A DNA stretch of 64,000 bases, from assembly GCA_051294375.1 (NCBI GenBank), contig CM119269.1, positions 14,829,918 to 14,893,917 on the forward strand, given 5' to 3'. The notes below the pieces were generated by a model. The model ran no database searches. It saw only the letters and a program-made list of their open reading frames with translations, and was not told where the DNA came from. The DNA is from Paraspadella gotoi (lineage: Eukaryota > Animalia > Chaetognatha). Of this stretch, positions 41,391 through 56,357 are shown one piece after another (the first letter of the stretch is position 1; every line of letters begins with the position of its first letter). Both the position numbers and the translations under genes were made by a program.

Positions 41391-42183
41391 ATGAGTCTAA
41401 CTTCCGCTGGTTTTCGCTTGGCGTCTCGCTACGCAGGGCACGGCCCGTTTTAGGGTAAGGTTTAGGCCCTAAATCAACTTTCATCATAACTCTGCGTTTC
41501 AACAGTAAATTCCCTTGAAATGGGTAAAAAATTCTTGAATTTTTTAAATTTTTATCACTTATATGGTTAGAATTTCAGATGTAAATTCAAAATTCACGAG
41601 CGGTTTCATCCGTTATTAAAGTTTTAAAATTTGGTGAAAGATGCATATTTATTAATTATAAATACATGAAATTTTTATAATACATTATTTCAAAACATGA
41701 AGATTGGAGGGACTCGATCGTGGGCGTTCAAGCAGAGCTTGTAATCGTTACTATCGGTTCAACGGACGCCCGAACGCCCTTTGCCCGTCACGTGATACCT
41801 GGACAGCAATTAAGAGATATTGAGGAGACCAGGGGATTCTTTGTACAAATTAATCTGGAAGGCGAGTCTTCTTGAGAAAATTTCTCTTATTTTTTCATAA
41901 TTTAAAACTGGTATAATTTTTCTTTTAGCGCCAATTCACCCTTGGTTGATCATTTTTTGGGCATTGTGCCCTTCATTTTTGAATTTGGGTCCATCCGGAT
42001 AAAAGAGAACAGAAGCAAACAGCTGATGAAGGACTGGAGAGTGGAGGGTAAGCAATCTCGACAGCCATGTCAACGGCAAATGGAATTTAGTTTAAACCCA
42101 AAAACCCTTTGTATTCTATTTCAGAGTCCTACAACAAACCCCGAGAGAGGATCAAGAAGGACCCTCCCGAACAGTCTTCCTAA
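41391..42183 (+). pseudogene. Frameshifted duplicate of the small mitochondrial protein gene (likely artefact)
   Basis: Collinear with 29851-30606. The GC donor AAG|GCGAGT is retained at ~41860. Confidence 0.6.
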
Positions 42184-43995
42184 AAATGTGCAAATTGTTT
42201 TAACCATTCAAAGCTCGTGTTTCGTTATTTTTTTCAATATGACTTATTAATTACCGGGATTAAAGCGTCTTTTATTGCTTTAATCCTTTGCCCTGCGTTT
42301 TTTTCGGTTTTTTTTTGATAAATAGAAATAAAATTAATTTGATGTGTATCGATAATGATCAGTCCAAGTAAATATGGAGTCACTTGAAAAATTTTTTTTT
42401 TTATCACACTGCAGGAAATTAGTTGTGATTAGTAATCACCGAACTACTTGTTAGCAAGTGTATGAGGGTTACGCGTTCCAGAGCATTACTAATGTTTGTA
42501 TCAATTTAAATCCATACGACGTTTATTATTTCTAAAATAATTGAAATGCAATCAAAAAGTAGGAATTCAATATGATTAATTTTTGGTTCAAAAAAATTAA
42601 TTATTAATAAATGAAACAAAACGTTAACATTAGACCTTACTTGCAATATTTTTAAACAAAAGTTACATCACTGGCCTTCGCAAGGTTTGAACCTCGATTT
42701 TTTTTCCCATCGTGCGGTATTAGCGGTCGTTCATATTCAGCACCTATTTGTTTAAAGGATTATCTCCCTGCGTTTAAGACAAAAGGGCAAATCTTTCTTT
42801 CCTGCTTAATTCCTACCAAAAAAACATGCAGTGCAATGATAAAAATTGTCGTCGTTGACACCTTTTTCCTTCCCTTTTCATTTGCATAATATTATTTTAT
42901 ATACATAAATACGATTTTGGCCCCCGAGAATTGGCTTCACACGGTTCAAGCGGAAGGCAAAATAGAACGTTGGAAATTAGTCGACAATAGAAAGACGGAA
43001 GAAACTTCCGTCGTTGTCAACACATTTCTTTTTTTCTTTTTTTGATACTGCGTCTTTTAAAGACGATCTCGGAACCATTTCCTTAATGTTGCTAATTAGG
43101 ATTTCTTGAAAAAACTCGTCCTGTTATTTTATTTTTTTCAAAGTTAAAACTGACTTCGTTCAACAAACAGCCTCGCCGAGTTAATAAGTAATTTTAACTT
43201 ATAAGCCCGTATTCTACTTTATATTACACATTAAACAAGCATTTTTCACTCAAACTCCATTTTATTTAAAAATATTATCACTGTCACAAACAATTTGGTA
43301 AAGTTGTGAAAAAAAAAGTAAACACTTTCGAAACTTAAAACATGTATCTCGAAACCGTTGCTTTCGGATATAGTATATACGTTACGCAACGTTAAATGTG
43401 ACATGGAATCAAGTCGGTAATAAATGGGAACGGGAAGTAAGAATAAATAATAATATAATAATAGTTATTAATGCTTAGAGATGATTGCAACTCACCACAA
43501 GGCAGACGTCAAAGAACTGGACGTTTGTATCAATCTGTTCAGTCAAAACCACGAACGGATTCCCGATAACGGGAATTTAAGGACGCGGATAAAAATCGAA
43601 ATGGATATCATTAGTCAGGGACGACGTTCAAAGTCAGTGAAAAGTAACGAATTAAAAACAATGTGCCACTGCATTCGGCGGTTTTTTTGAGAAGCGATAA
43701 TCAACGTAAGACGGGGATGATGCAGACGGACAAGGACGCGAAAAACATTCGAAAATAAGGAATGGGCTAAGTCTCAACTCAATTTGCCATTGGGAACCAA
43801 AAGCAAAGATCCTCGCGCAATCACGAGTTTAAGTTTTTAGATATTGGTTTTCGCGTGGTTCGTTGCAAAGGCAAGACATGGAAGGGTTATTTGTTGATTT
43901 TACTTATTAAGTCGCCGGAAATTCCGGTTTAGTTTGTTATGGGTGTACAATTAAGTGGGTCCAAATCTTTTTCGTTGTTGTTTCTTGTTGTTGAT

Positions 43996-46162
43996 TTAAA
44001 ACGATAACTTCATACAGCGTCCTTCTTGACTGGCTTTTGGAAAGAGCGGGCTGAGTCGGGCGATTTGGACCGGACTGAGGGGCGGGGGGTTCCGACGCCG
44101 ACGAATACCCCGCTATCGATTCCGGGTCGGGTTTGACCGACTTCTTGGGGTCGTCCTCGAAGCTATGATGTAGGGGACTTTGGACGTCAGCGCGTCGAAG
44201 GGCAGGGCTGAGGTCTACGACATCCGGGTGATTCACGCGGTTGATGGGGGTTGTTGTTGAAGCGGAGTTGGGGGGAAGGGCCACTCCATTCGCCCGGCGG
44301 GAGCGGCTTTTACGGGGGCGGTGTTTGAAATGACCGGAGAGTCGATGATGGGGGTGTTTGGGAGTTGTGGGTGTGGTGTGTGTTGTGGGTTGGAAGGGTC
44401 TGAGGGAAACCGTTGACGACCCGCGTAGCGCCGTGGGAGTCTGCGTGGATAAATCCCGGGCGACGTCGCCCGAAGACGCTCCAACGCCGGGATTGTCGTG
44501 GTGACCGGCGCCGATTTCGGGGCGCCTTCTCCACCGTCATTAGTCCAAAAGCCGGGTTTTTCTCGAGAAAGGCGGCGCCCTCCTGCCGCGCACGACGCCG
44601 CGGGAGGTCAAGACAGCAGACGCCGAGGATGAGGAGGACGAGGGGACGAAAGACGACGGCGGCGACGACGGCGACGACGGACGGTGAGAACGCCGTATTG
44701 TCGGGCAGCATCAGCGTCTCCCACGGTCCGCAAACGTCGGGGCTTGTCAGCTTACGCAGACTGCGGCAGCGGGACGGCCCCCAATGGCTCGGTAGCGAAT
44801 GTGCGCGCGATGTCGGCGGTCGGCGCAGGGGGCGTGGACTCCCGAAATGAATCGGCCCGTCTCGTCCGCGGACTTCAAATCTTGATGCACTTGCGCACGC
44901 GGCGGCGCGACTGGCGTTGTTAGCGGAGCGTAAGGACCGCCGTTGTCCACGCCCAAGTTTGTGGCGTCGAAGGTCGTCGCGCTTCACGGAAATTCACGCG
45001 TCATGAAACGACGTTCTCCCGAGCTGACGCTTGAACCCGTGGGCGGTAGGGACATCATCGCGCCACGTAACGGGTCGCTGGTTGGAGATGTGGCATGAGC
45101 CTCAAGACGAAGGGTTTCTCCTGAGAAGATGATGAACAATGTTTGTAAGTATCCAAAGCAATTATTAGCAGGTTTCATATTACTGACGGTTTAATATTAC
45201 TATGGTTTATAAATCAAAAAAAATAAAATTCTCCAAACAAATACAAGCTTTATAATCATTTATTCAATGACCGTTTTAACTTTCTCTCCACTTCCAAACC
45301 CGATCTCGAGCCTCTTGGGGATGGCCTCGGTCGTGCGGGTCCATCTCCACAAAAAAGTTTTCTGTGACCAATCCGCCGTTGAAACCGGAGGTCCAAGTCA
45401 GCGTCGCCCGCGTTTGAATTTTACGTCGGTGACGGACGACGGTCGTCGGTTGGATCCGGTTTCGGAGGAGACCTGCGTGGTGGGATTAGATAATGAGGTA
45501 ATGGTGTCGTGAGTTTATGAAGAGTCTCTGAATAACCAGCAGATAAAATATAATGCAAATGATGTCCGAAACTAGGCTAGAAAAATTAATGGTCAATCCG
45601 GAGTTCAACTGAAGCAATTAATTGTATTATTTATTTTATTACTAAATAAAGGAATTGTTATTCCTGATTCGATACTTTCATCAAATCCCCGACTTTCTTC
45701 GCGTAATAATATGATTCCATCCTCCTTATCAAACTCCAATGGGTGACTGGTCTTTGCCGAAAAGCGTTCTCCGCGGCGCCTCGTACGTTCCCAAGTCGTT
45801 CCCTGGCGACCGACTCGAAGCGAAGGATGCTGTTGTTAGAAGGTTGTCCGGTCCACTCGTGTTGGAAGGTGACTTCGAGCCCCGCCTCCGCCACGACCTT
45901 CGTAAACGTCGGCGCAGGATGGGAAGGCGACGACGACGACGACGGCGACGAGCGTCTCCAGGAGAATTCGGGCGGGGGTAAGGCCGTCGCTACGCAACAA
46001 AGCTTTCCGCGACTGCGCCGAGGGTTGAAGGCGAACTTTGGTAACGCTCTGGTGGAGGGAATTGGAGAACGAGATTAGTGTATGATCTTGAATTTGTATT
46101 GGCGTTTCTCTGTGTTGTGTGCTTCTTTCTCTGGCTCAGTTTTTATCTCTTCTTCTCTCTCT

Positions 46163-46207
<45 letters not shown>

Positions 46208-49200
46208 CTCTCCTCTCTCTCTCTCTCTCTCTGCTCTCTCTCTCTCTCTCTTCTACCTTCTTCGAGCCTCGGGCTCAGTATTCCACGTTTGAGCTTCCAT
46301 AGTTGACTCTTTGGCACTCCCCCACCGTTATCCTCTCTGCAGGCGAAGGCGCCCTTGTCCTCGGGTTGGATTCGGTCGAAGGGACTGCGGACGGAGTTCG
46401 TCGCCGCCCACGCCGCCTCAGGTTCAAACTCGCTCGTCGTCCGTCGCGGTAGAGGCCGCCTTAAGTTAAGGAATTTAAGGGATTATTATTTTGAAATTTA
46501 TCGCTGCATAAAATTCAACCAACGTGTAATTGGTACAATTAGCAGAATTGAAATTTTTATTTTTTTTTTATTTTTGCGAAATAAGTTAACAAAATCCTGA
46601 ATTTCATGAACCAAATAACGTTTGGTTTTTAAAATAATTATCTTAAAATTAAAAATCTATTGTATTGGCTTTTTATTACCCCCTTAAAAATCCAAATTCA
46701 CCCAAAATCTCCTACTTTTAAGTCGATATTAGCGAATCCGCTGTTTAATTTCGCTCCGTCTTTGAACCACAGTGATGTTGGGCGCGGGTCTGCCCTCTGC
46801 CCGACAACTGAGACTGAAGGTTTGGCCCGGCGGCGACGGTGGCGTCGGCAAGATTTGGAGAGAAGCGTCGGCGCCAAGGTTGACGCGACGTCGACGCGGG
46901 CGGCGAGGACCGTCGCCGAGGGCGTTTCTTGCCGTAGCAGGCGTAGACGCCTGCGTGGATAAAAAATGAGTTAAAATTTATAGTTATAGTTATAGCTAGG
47001 TGAAAAAGCTATGAAATTGGTACAACCGATATTAAACCATTTATCCTCTCATGCAACAAAATTCGCTATCTTTGTCTCCTGACTTTGAACAATGGACAAA
47101 TTGGACATAGCAAAGGCCACTATTTGTTAAGGACTCAAGACTCTCTCTTGTCGGCCTTGTTTATTATTTTTAGAGCAATAAGGCTATTTTTGTGTTGCGT
47201 TCACACCTATCTTGCTTTGTCGTTGATAGAAATAATACATTTTCAAAATCAAAAAAGTCTTTCCATTGTAGAATATTTATATATTAGTTATATTCTATTA
47301 AACTACGCAGTAACTTTCCTTCTTTACCCTAACATTCAAAACTGTTAAGACGGAAAGCCTTTTTCAAACTTTCTCCTTTCACTTCGCCCGCTAACCCACC
47401 CAGCCCTCCCCCATTTCCCTCTCCCCGCAGCCTTACCTTCGTCGTCCAGCTGCGCGTTGGAGGATAGAGAGGGTGTCGGGATGCTGGTTTTCTCCGTTTG
47501 GGTTTCGTCCCAGTGGATCGTTCGCCTTCGGGATTCCGAAAGTCTTCGGGAGGCATTTCACCGTCGCCGTTTCGCCCTGGATTTAATGATAATATTCGAT
47601 TGATTAAATAAATTGATTTATTAAATTTATTTACGATTGATTTATTTATTTATTAATTGAATTGATGTGATAATGGATTAATTTGCCAATTTAATCGATT
47701 CTTTCTGATTGTTTTGACAGAATTCGATTTTTATTGATTAATTGTTAATACTGTTGAATTTATTGCATTGGATATGATTGATTTGGATGATTGCCCTCCC
47801 CTCACCTGCAGTATGTTAGTCGTCCCCGCACCGAGGCTTTTCCCGGTTTGTGTCTGAGACGATCCTCGTTGATCGCCGTCCCTCGCTCGTACTCCAACGC
47901 CGCCAACCGGGGGCACGAGGGTGTTCATGCTGGACTGCACTCCGTACTCGCCGGCGAGATCGCGTCTTACGGGTATCGTCGACGCGGAGAAAAGCGCGAC
48001 TGGGAGACGACGTCGTTGTTGCGGCGCAGACGATCGCTGTACCGGGCGAGGGTTAGGCCTCGACGATGCATTCCAGCTCGAGAGCGAGCGCCTGGTGAGG
48101 ATGACAAAAAAGGGTTGGAGAGGGCGGTTGTGGTTTTTTTTTTCAAATTGTTCGAGTCAATATGATTTTCATTTTACTAAAGGAATTTTTAAGTGATTTA
48201 TTTAGGCTACTGATTTTAAACGTAAAAAATATAATTCTATTTTATGCCACAGGAAAATCGTGTTGTGGTTTTTCTTTTAAAAAAGGTAATTTAATACGAA
48301 ACCTAAGTCAGAACAAGTAAACAAACGACAAACTGAAACCAGATTTCACCATTTGAGAAATTAAACTTACCTTCGTCGACTTCCGTGGACGGGGGGCCAC
48401 TTGCTACATCGGGTCTGAAGAGGACATTCAAATTGAAGACTGGCCTCGCCGATCCGATCGGGTTGGACACCTTTCGCGAAGAAGAAAAGAGGGGGAGAGG
48501 AAAGCTAAAGAAAGGTAAGTTAAACTTGAAAAATAATAGCAAAAACAAGTTCCATTCTCTTCAACCTTCTCATCCCAAAAACCGCGACCCACCTTGCATC
48601 GATATTCTCCCTTCTTCCTCCCGGTCGACACCGGCCTTCAACGCCAGCACGCCTCCCCGCTCGCCAATCGCGTCCGTCGATCCCATCGAAATGTCCTTCG
48701 TCCACTCGAAAACGTCTACGGGCGGATTTGGCGTCCACTTTCGCAGGGTGACGTTTGGACCATTGGCGTTGCGTCCCCGATCACGACAGTTAAACTGGTC
48801 GTCGGAGCGGGGGGCCAGGCCACGCGCGGACGGAAGTTGACGAGACGGTGACGGTGGAGACGAGCGGCGCGGAGATGGCGCTGTTTTGACCGAAGCAACT
48901 GGAAGGAAAGAGATTTGAGTGAATGGTGAAGAAGATGCTTCAAGCGGGTTGTTGAAAAAATCGCGGTGTGAGAAAAATAAAAAAATTAAAAACCAAAATG
49001 TTATTTTCGAGGGGGAATTAAAAAAAATATAATGAATAAATAAATAATAAATATATATATATATAAATAAATTCCTAATGAAATTACTAAATAAAATGAA
49101 TATAAAAAGAAATCAAAAAATAAATAAATTTAAAAAATCGTAATATTAATAAATTAAATAGATAAATAAAAATTAGAATTACATAAATAAATAAAATATG

Positions 49201-50552
49201 ACATGCCCCTCGAGACGTACAAATTCACGTGATTGCGTTCCTCCTCCTTTGACTCACCCCAAAGGTGGCGCCGCACATCCGTGATCCCCTTCGCGCGAAA
49301 TTGTGGGTGAGTATCGACCCTCCGTGGCTCTAGGGTCGTTCGAAGTCCATCGGGCTCCTGGGTGAGTTCGACCGCCCGGGCGTTCGGCGTCGCTTCTCCG
49401 GGCGCTATCCGCTGCGTCCACACGATTTCCGGCCTGGGGATTTCCGGTCACCGATTTCGCAGGTCAAATCCACTTCGCTTCCCTCGACAAAGGACTTTCG
49501 AGAGGCTGAGACCTTCGCCGGCGGAGATGGTTAGGGGGGCCTGGGGGAAGGTGAAAATTATCGGGAGGAACAACCTCGGGCGATGGTGCGTTTGGGGGAG
49601 GGGGGTTAGGTGGTGGTGGGGGTTGAGGTGGGGTAAAGGAGAAAAGTTGTGTTAATGGACTTGAGAAAAAAAAAAAAACAAAAGTAGAAATGATGTATAG
49701 CTGCTCCCCTCTATGCGCAGAAGGTCAACACTAACTACCCTTCGTTCCGTCTCAAAAATAACAAATTTTAAATAAGGCTTATTATTTTCATCATTTTTTT
49801 ATTTTATATCTAAACAAATCATTTTTATGCACCTTTTCAATCTTTTTCATAAATAGTCCGCGCAACTTTTACCCTCTCATAAGATAAACTCACTCGGCGG
49901 GGACGAGCACGACGACCCTGGCGTCCTTGAGAATCCTCTCCGCCCCTGGCAGATGTTACTTCCCGTTTGGCAGATGCGAAGTATCGACGTCGGTCGATGC
50001 GGAGGTCGAAACCCGTTCTTCCGTCCGCATGTTGGGGTCGGAACCCATCGCGGAGTCACCGAGCCCTTTCGCGTCGCGGGAAGGAACAGGCACCTGTTTA
50101 TGGAGGGGAAAGGATAGGAGGGGATCCATAGTCGTCGTCGTTGTCGTCGTTCGTCATCATCACCATCATCCATTCATCATCATCATTCATTCATTCATCA
50201 TCATCATCATTCATCATCATCATCATCATGATTCGTCGTTCGTCGTCATCATCATCCTCACCTTAGGGCAACCACGTCGCCTTCATCCACGTGGAGGGTC
50301 ACGTTTTTTTCCTATGGACCTTTCGCACTCCCAGAGTCACCGATTCACCGGGACGGACGTTTGGCTGAAAGAATAATAGTATTAGTAGTTTTGAAAATAA
50401 AAAATGCATAGTAATTTTTAATAATTCATCCAATCAGCTGATGCTGAAACTGACCTCATTGGTATCTTGGTTCCATTTGCAACCGCGTCGGCCACCAACG
50501 ACGATGCAAAAGAAAAGTCACGACGGACGAATCCGGAAACGATCGACGCCAT
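43996..50552 (-). pseudogene. Frameshifted duplicate of the echinoid-like gene (likely artefact)
   Basis: Collinear with 32361-38771; ORF fragments (RTLYEVIV, VVAVVAAVVF) broken by many indels. Confidence 0.7.
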
Positions 50553-52165
50553 TTTGAATTCACTTCTGGGTTTTTTAGGGGTTTTTTTGATTTTTGTTGT
50601 TTTTTTCTTCTTTCGAATTTGCGTTGAAAACCGCAGTTTTGTGCGACTTTAAAACTGAATTTATATTAGCTGTTAATTAGTTACAATAACTTGTTTTTCA
50701 TTTGATGATTTTATCTTAACAGGGGTCAACGCTCCGTTTTCACCAGTTTCTCCCCCTTTTTTCAACTTTTCCCCTCTTTCACACGCATCCAACCCCTCAC
50801 GCAATTAAGGATGGCACCGAAAGTTATAAAACTTTCCAATTTTTTTTTTCTTTTAGAAAAAAAAAATGGTGTATGAGACCGAAAGAAAGAAGAGGATTAA
50901 GTCTTTTGGCAAAAGATGTGCGACAAAAGCTCTTCTTTTTATTCACTTTGTTGTTCTTTTTTCTTCTTTGTTTTCTTCAGTTTTAAGGTTTTATAGGTTT
51001 GGCATGTTTCGGGTTTTTTTTAATTTTTTCGTTGATTGCTTTTTGTCTCTCAAAGACAATGAATTTCGTTTGTGGCTTTCGCTTTTGGGTGAGTTGAGAA
51101 ATTCTGGAAGGAAGAAAGAAAGGGGAGGGAAGGGGGGAGTTTAGTGCGAGCGCGTTGGAGTGGTGGTGGAGTGGAGGATGAGGGTGTGAGTAGGCGAAGG
51201 AGGATGAGCGAAGAAATGAGGGGGTGAGAGGGGAAGAAGGGGTGGAAGAAGAATCGAAAAAGGCGGAGAAGAATACGGGCGATGGTGGAGGAAATTGTAA
51301 TAGAGAGGGAAGGTAAAAAAAAAAGAGTGAAAAAAAAAAATATATTGGGAATTCGGAAGAAGTGAAAGGCAAAGTAAAGGAGAAGAAGAAAGAAGAGGAG
51401 GAGGAGAAGGATGAGAAGGCGGAGGAGGAAGAGGAAGAGGAAAACTCGAAAGTCAAATCTCATCGGGATTAAAACTTAAACGAGAGGAAAAAAAAAGGAA
51501 AAAAAAAAGAAAAAAAAAAAAAAGAAAAACAATCGGTTTGGAATCTAAACAAGGAAATCAAAGGGTAAAAAGGCGGGATGGTTGTTTTGAGAAAAACTCT
51601 TAAAGAAAAGTCGTTTACTTTTTATTTCGTGTTTTTTTTTAAATTTTTTCTTATTTTCTCGTTCCGATCAGTTGCGTGAGAAGAAAGGGCGACTTAACGG
51701 TCTGTGAATTTACGAACTATTTCTTTCTTTTTTCAAAATTAAAAACAATAACGCCGACGGGCGGCGGCGGCGGCGGCGGCAGGGAATGACGATTCGTTTA
51801 AAAAGCCTCGTTTAACTTGATGAGCGTAACGGCGAATTTTCAAAGAGAAGATGACTCTATGTTATTAAAACAAAGAGAAAAGAAACAAAGAAGATAACAC
51901 TTTGAAATTGCGTTAAAACCGCTCCCAATGTGAATTTATAAATTTTTTTTCTTTCAAATTTGGAATCGATTACAGTGTCTCACGTTTCGTAGTATCGAAA
52001 AATGTTCTCATTACTTTTTTTTCGGCTCTGGCATCAAAACTGAAAAAAAAAAAAAAACAATCTCGCCTCAAATTTTTTTATTTGATTTTTTTCTTTTTTT
52101 CAAGTTGGTGAATTTTAGGAAAAGTTTTTCACCGTTGCCAGAGTTTTTTTCGGTCGTCGGAAGAG

Positions 52166-52275
52166 AGAGATGACAGAGAGCGAGTGGAATGACAGATAAA
52201 AATGACAGAGAGCGAGTGGAATGACATAAAGAGATTAAATGACAAACAGTGGTGTCAGAGAGGGACGGCAATGAC
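52166..52275. repeat. Short tandem repeat (ATGACAGAGAGCGAGTGGAATGACA-based)
   Basis: Two near-exact ~33-bp units plus degenerate ones. Confidence 0.7.
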
Positions 52276-55200
52276 AAAAAAGAATGGTTGCATTAAAACA
52301 AATTTAGTAAATGAAGTAAAAGTGAAAAGAATGAATCGCAAAAAAGTCTTTAAGGAGATTCTAGATATATTTAATAGATATATATATGACTATTGCCCAA
52401 GTTACATAGAAACGACTAATACATGATTGGCTTGCAATTGCGCTTGGCAACCGACGTGTCGAGCGTTGAGAAAAAAACCTTTGGAAAACAAGAAAAAGTC
52501 TAAGACAATTTTTTTTCAAAGTTTGGCTGGACTGGATTCGCGCTAAGACGCGCGTTAATCTTCCTTTCAACTTTTTTCTTCCTTCCTTTTTTTTTTCTTA
52601 TGCCCCTTTGCGTTTTTCAGGCTCCTTTTGCAATTCTGTCCACTTTTTTCGCACGGTTTAATGCAGTTGTATTTTCGCTTGCGTCTGGAAAAGAAAATGC
52701 TTTCACTGTTAATCTTATAGATTTTAAACTAATCCTACGTAGTCTTCAGAAATTATGCATATTTTTCAAACCATCTAAAAATAATTTTTAAAAATTCATA
52801 TTCTTTATATTTGTTTTTGTTTGCACGTTGGCAGCGTCTTTCATCCTTCCCTTGTTCCTTTCCCTCGTTAGTTTTTAAATTTTTTTGCTAAATTTATGAT
52901 CTGTTTACTTTTTTCGTCAGTCAATCCTTAACAGGGTTCTGTTTAACTTTAAGACTTCGAACGGCCTTCGAGCAAATATTTATTTGACAAATTGAAATTC
53001 TGACGATTTCAGAAAAAGAATCATTTTTGTTGTCGCGTGGGGGAAAGGTTGGAAATAAATTTCAAAGGAGACAAAGGATTAAAAAAATAAGTTGCGATTC
53101 AATCTTTAAAAAAATAACGTATTTGTAATGCTTCTAATAAATTTTGTAAAATGTTAAATCAATGTTTTAGTGTTATAATAAATTCGAGATTGAATTTATC
53201 GTTAGAAAAAAACACAAAAACTAAATCAAAAAATAACCAAATATAAATTTGGATATAATTCAGAATGATCCACCGTCGGAGTCATAAATGGATTTCTTCG
53301 TCTTGCTTCCAAAACCGATGCCCAAAGGGGCTGACCCTTGGGACCGTGAGCGCCCTCTTCATCTCTCTCTCTCTCTCTCTCTCTCTCGATCTCTCTCTCT
53401 CGTCCATTCTCTCTCTCTCTCTCCATCTCTATCGTTGCCCCCGGCAGAAAAAAACTTACCCCGAAGTCATGAATTTTGACAATCGTCTCATTCTTCGCTC
53501 CGCACGAAAGAGAGGGACAGACACTCAGCGCGTGGCGACAGACAAAAGGACAGACAGAGAGACAGAACAAAAAAAACCCCTTCTGACCGGAACGAAGAAG
53601 AGAGATAGAAAGATTGGGAGATAGAAGCGAGAAAGAAGGAAACTAAAGGGCAGAAGGGAAAAGAAGCTAAGGAAAGAAGAGAGAGGAGAGAAAGAGAAAA
53701 AGAAAAGATTTTATCGATTTATCTATTAAAGTCGTTTTTTTCTTTTTTTTTTTCGTTGTTGTTGTTATTCTTGTTGGAGGCGATTGTTTGGTTGAACTTT
53801 GTCTCAGAAATCGAGGTTCCTATTATTCTATTATTATGTTTTTTATTATTACCTCAAGTTTCTGTCTAGATTTGTGTGGCTATTTGATAAGCGCATAATT
53901 TCATCAACAGTTTCAAATTAAAAGATATGAAAATAAACCAAAAAACGATCTGTCAATATAGATTTAAATGCCTCTGGCGCCAATGAGTGAAGCAAGTTCG
54001 CCTTCGACGAGCCACTGGGCCGCGAATCGGGACGACCAACTCCACCCAGACCCGACGAACCAGCTTGAGGTTCCTCCTTCAGATACTAAAGATTCTCCCT
54101 CTTAATTCCGGGTGATTAGCGACTCTGGATCGAGTCGACCGTAAGTCGCTCCTTTCCTTGTAACAGCTTCCGGTCGTCGTTCGTCGTTCGTCGTCGTCGT
54201 CGTCGTCGCCTCGGGAGTCTTCGCCATCGGCGTTCCAAAATTTCTTAAACAAAGGAGGAAAAAAAAAACCTTTTTCCTCTAAATTCTGAGATTTTTTGAA
54301 AAGTCGCCGCAAAAACAAAAAGGAGGGAAAAAGTCAAGAAACTCGCAATTTTTATTTTTATTTTGAGGAAATCGGTTTTAAGTTGCGACGAGAATATTCG
54401 CGGAGCAGCTCTAAAAGTCACTTTTCGGTCGGTCGGTCTGTTCCTTTTAAGTTTGAAATGGTTTTCACTTGACTAATACTTAATTAATAGTTAATAGAAA
54501 GCTTGTGTACCCAGATATGCTTAATGTGTATATGCTTTATACTTGTATGGTTGCGTGATTATCTGTATGTAAAAAAGTTAATGTGGCGCAACATATTGAA
54601 ATGATATTTTCTTGGGTTTTTTTTTTCTAGGAATTGGCGGCCATTCGTCATGCATTTTTAGTTTTGGGTTTCCGTTTGAATTTTTCGCGAATAAAAAATC
54701 TAAATTGGTGCCAAAAAATGTCAAACTATTGTGACCAAAATAATATCAAACTTTAGGGGAAAGGCATTTGTTTTGATGAAGCCACCGCGATAGAAAAATC
54801 GGATATATATTACGTATATTTTATGTAAATGATTACTCATAATATAAAAAATGGTGATTTTGTTTCGAATCGAGAAATTCGATCGAAAATTTTCAAATTC
54901 CTTTCGAATCATCGAACCGGAATTGAAGGGTTCGGTTCCACCCAGAGACCGATCCTCCCAGTTCAAGTAAAAAAATGTAAATTACTATGAAAAGAAAGAA
55001 AGGACAAAAAGAAAGAACAAATTTTAATAATCTTGGTGCCTGTTCGTGCGGCTCGCGGACCAGTATGAGAAATGGTCTCTCTTGCTCTCTCTCTCGTGTT
55101 CGTCTCGTCTCATCTCTCGTCTCTCTCCTCTCTCTCTTCGGTTCTCGTCTCTTCTCGTCTCTCTCCTTTCGTCTCCACCTGCGCCAGCCTTGCCGCTTCT

Positions 55201-56315
55201 TCAGGAAAACCATGAGTCTGTTGCTGCCGCAGACTCTTCGCCACAAAAATCCATTCGAGGTTATTTTTTTAAAATGGAGCAAAAGAAACATTAAAAAAGG
55301 CGAGAAGTTTTTAATTTATTAATTCAGGAAGGAAATTGAATTTTTTTAAGGGGACCCCAGTGATAAAAATGATATCATAAGCTTAAGGGTTATCATCAAA
55401 GAATTTTGAATGGTGATAGTCATTATTTTTCTTTGCACGGGAAAGTGGCAAAAAAATTCCTATCTCTTATTGTAGGGAAAACAAAATTTAATAATTATGA
55501 AAAAACATTTAGTTGACCCTACCTAAATATTATATAATACCATTATTTTTATTTTTGTATTAGAAAATATTTTTTACTAAATTCCATTTTGTTTATTTTT
55601 ACTAATACAAAGCTACAATTTTTAGGTTAAAGCGCTCATTGACAAAGGCTTTACAAGACTAATATTTTTTATATTTTATAATTACTTAAAACAGACAAAT
55701 CAAACCTAAATTCTATTCTTACAGAAACAAAACTGTAATAATTATTAATTAATATTCATATTCATCCCTTAAATGTATTATTAAACTATATTGATTCCTA
55801 ATTATAAATTAAAAATTTAGCAAAGTAAAGACTTTCTCTTCTTTTAATATTTATAATTACTTCAAAGAGTTTTATTTTATCATAACAGAATCATTTGAAA
55901 AGAATTTAAATAAAATCAAGTCGATACCTTAAATTTGATTCATTCCTTAGTTTTTTTTCTATAAATTTTTATGATAAAGCTGAAATCTTTTTAAAATTTT
56001 TTTGGAAAAAAAAATTTAAATTTGAAAAAAGATTTTTCTTCTTACCGATTTTTTTAAAGAAAAATTAAGCTGGCTGATTTTATCGAATTTTTTTAACATA
56101 CTTTCCCAAATGAATTATAGAAAAAAAAATTATATAGTCAGAACCAGCTTAAGTTAAAGGGTCCAAACATTATGTTTTCAGCTTTTTACCCCCCTGTTCA
56201 CTTGGTCCTTTAAGGCGTTTTGTTTACTTTTCAACTTTTTAACTTTGTTTATTTTTTTTTTTTTTTTCTCTTTGTTTCGTTTCGACCTCGCAGGGTTGCT
56301 GAGGTGGGAAGAGAG

Positions 56316-56357
<42 letters not shown>

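Larger units (their letters stand above)
39340..51123 (+). repeat. Error-rich direct duplicate of 27873-39314 (probable false duplication)
   Basis: Collinear throughout and starts inside the last PKS exon. Dense 1-2 bp indels, mostly insertions, occur in exons and introns alike. Confidence 0.92.
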
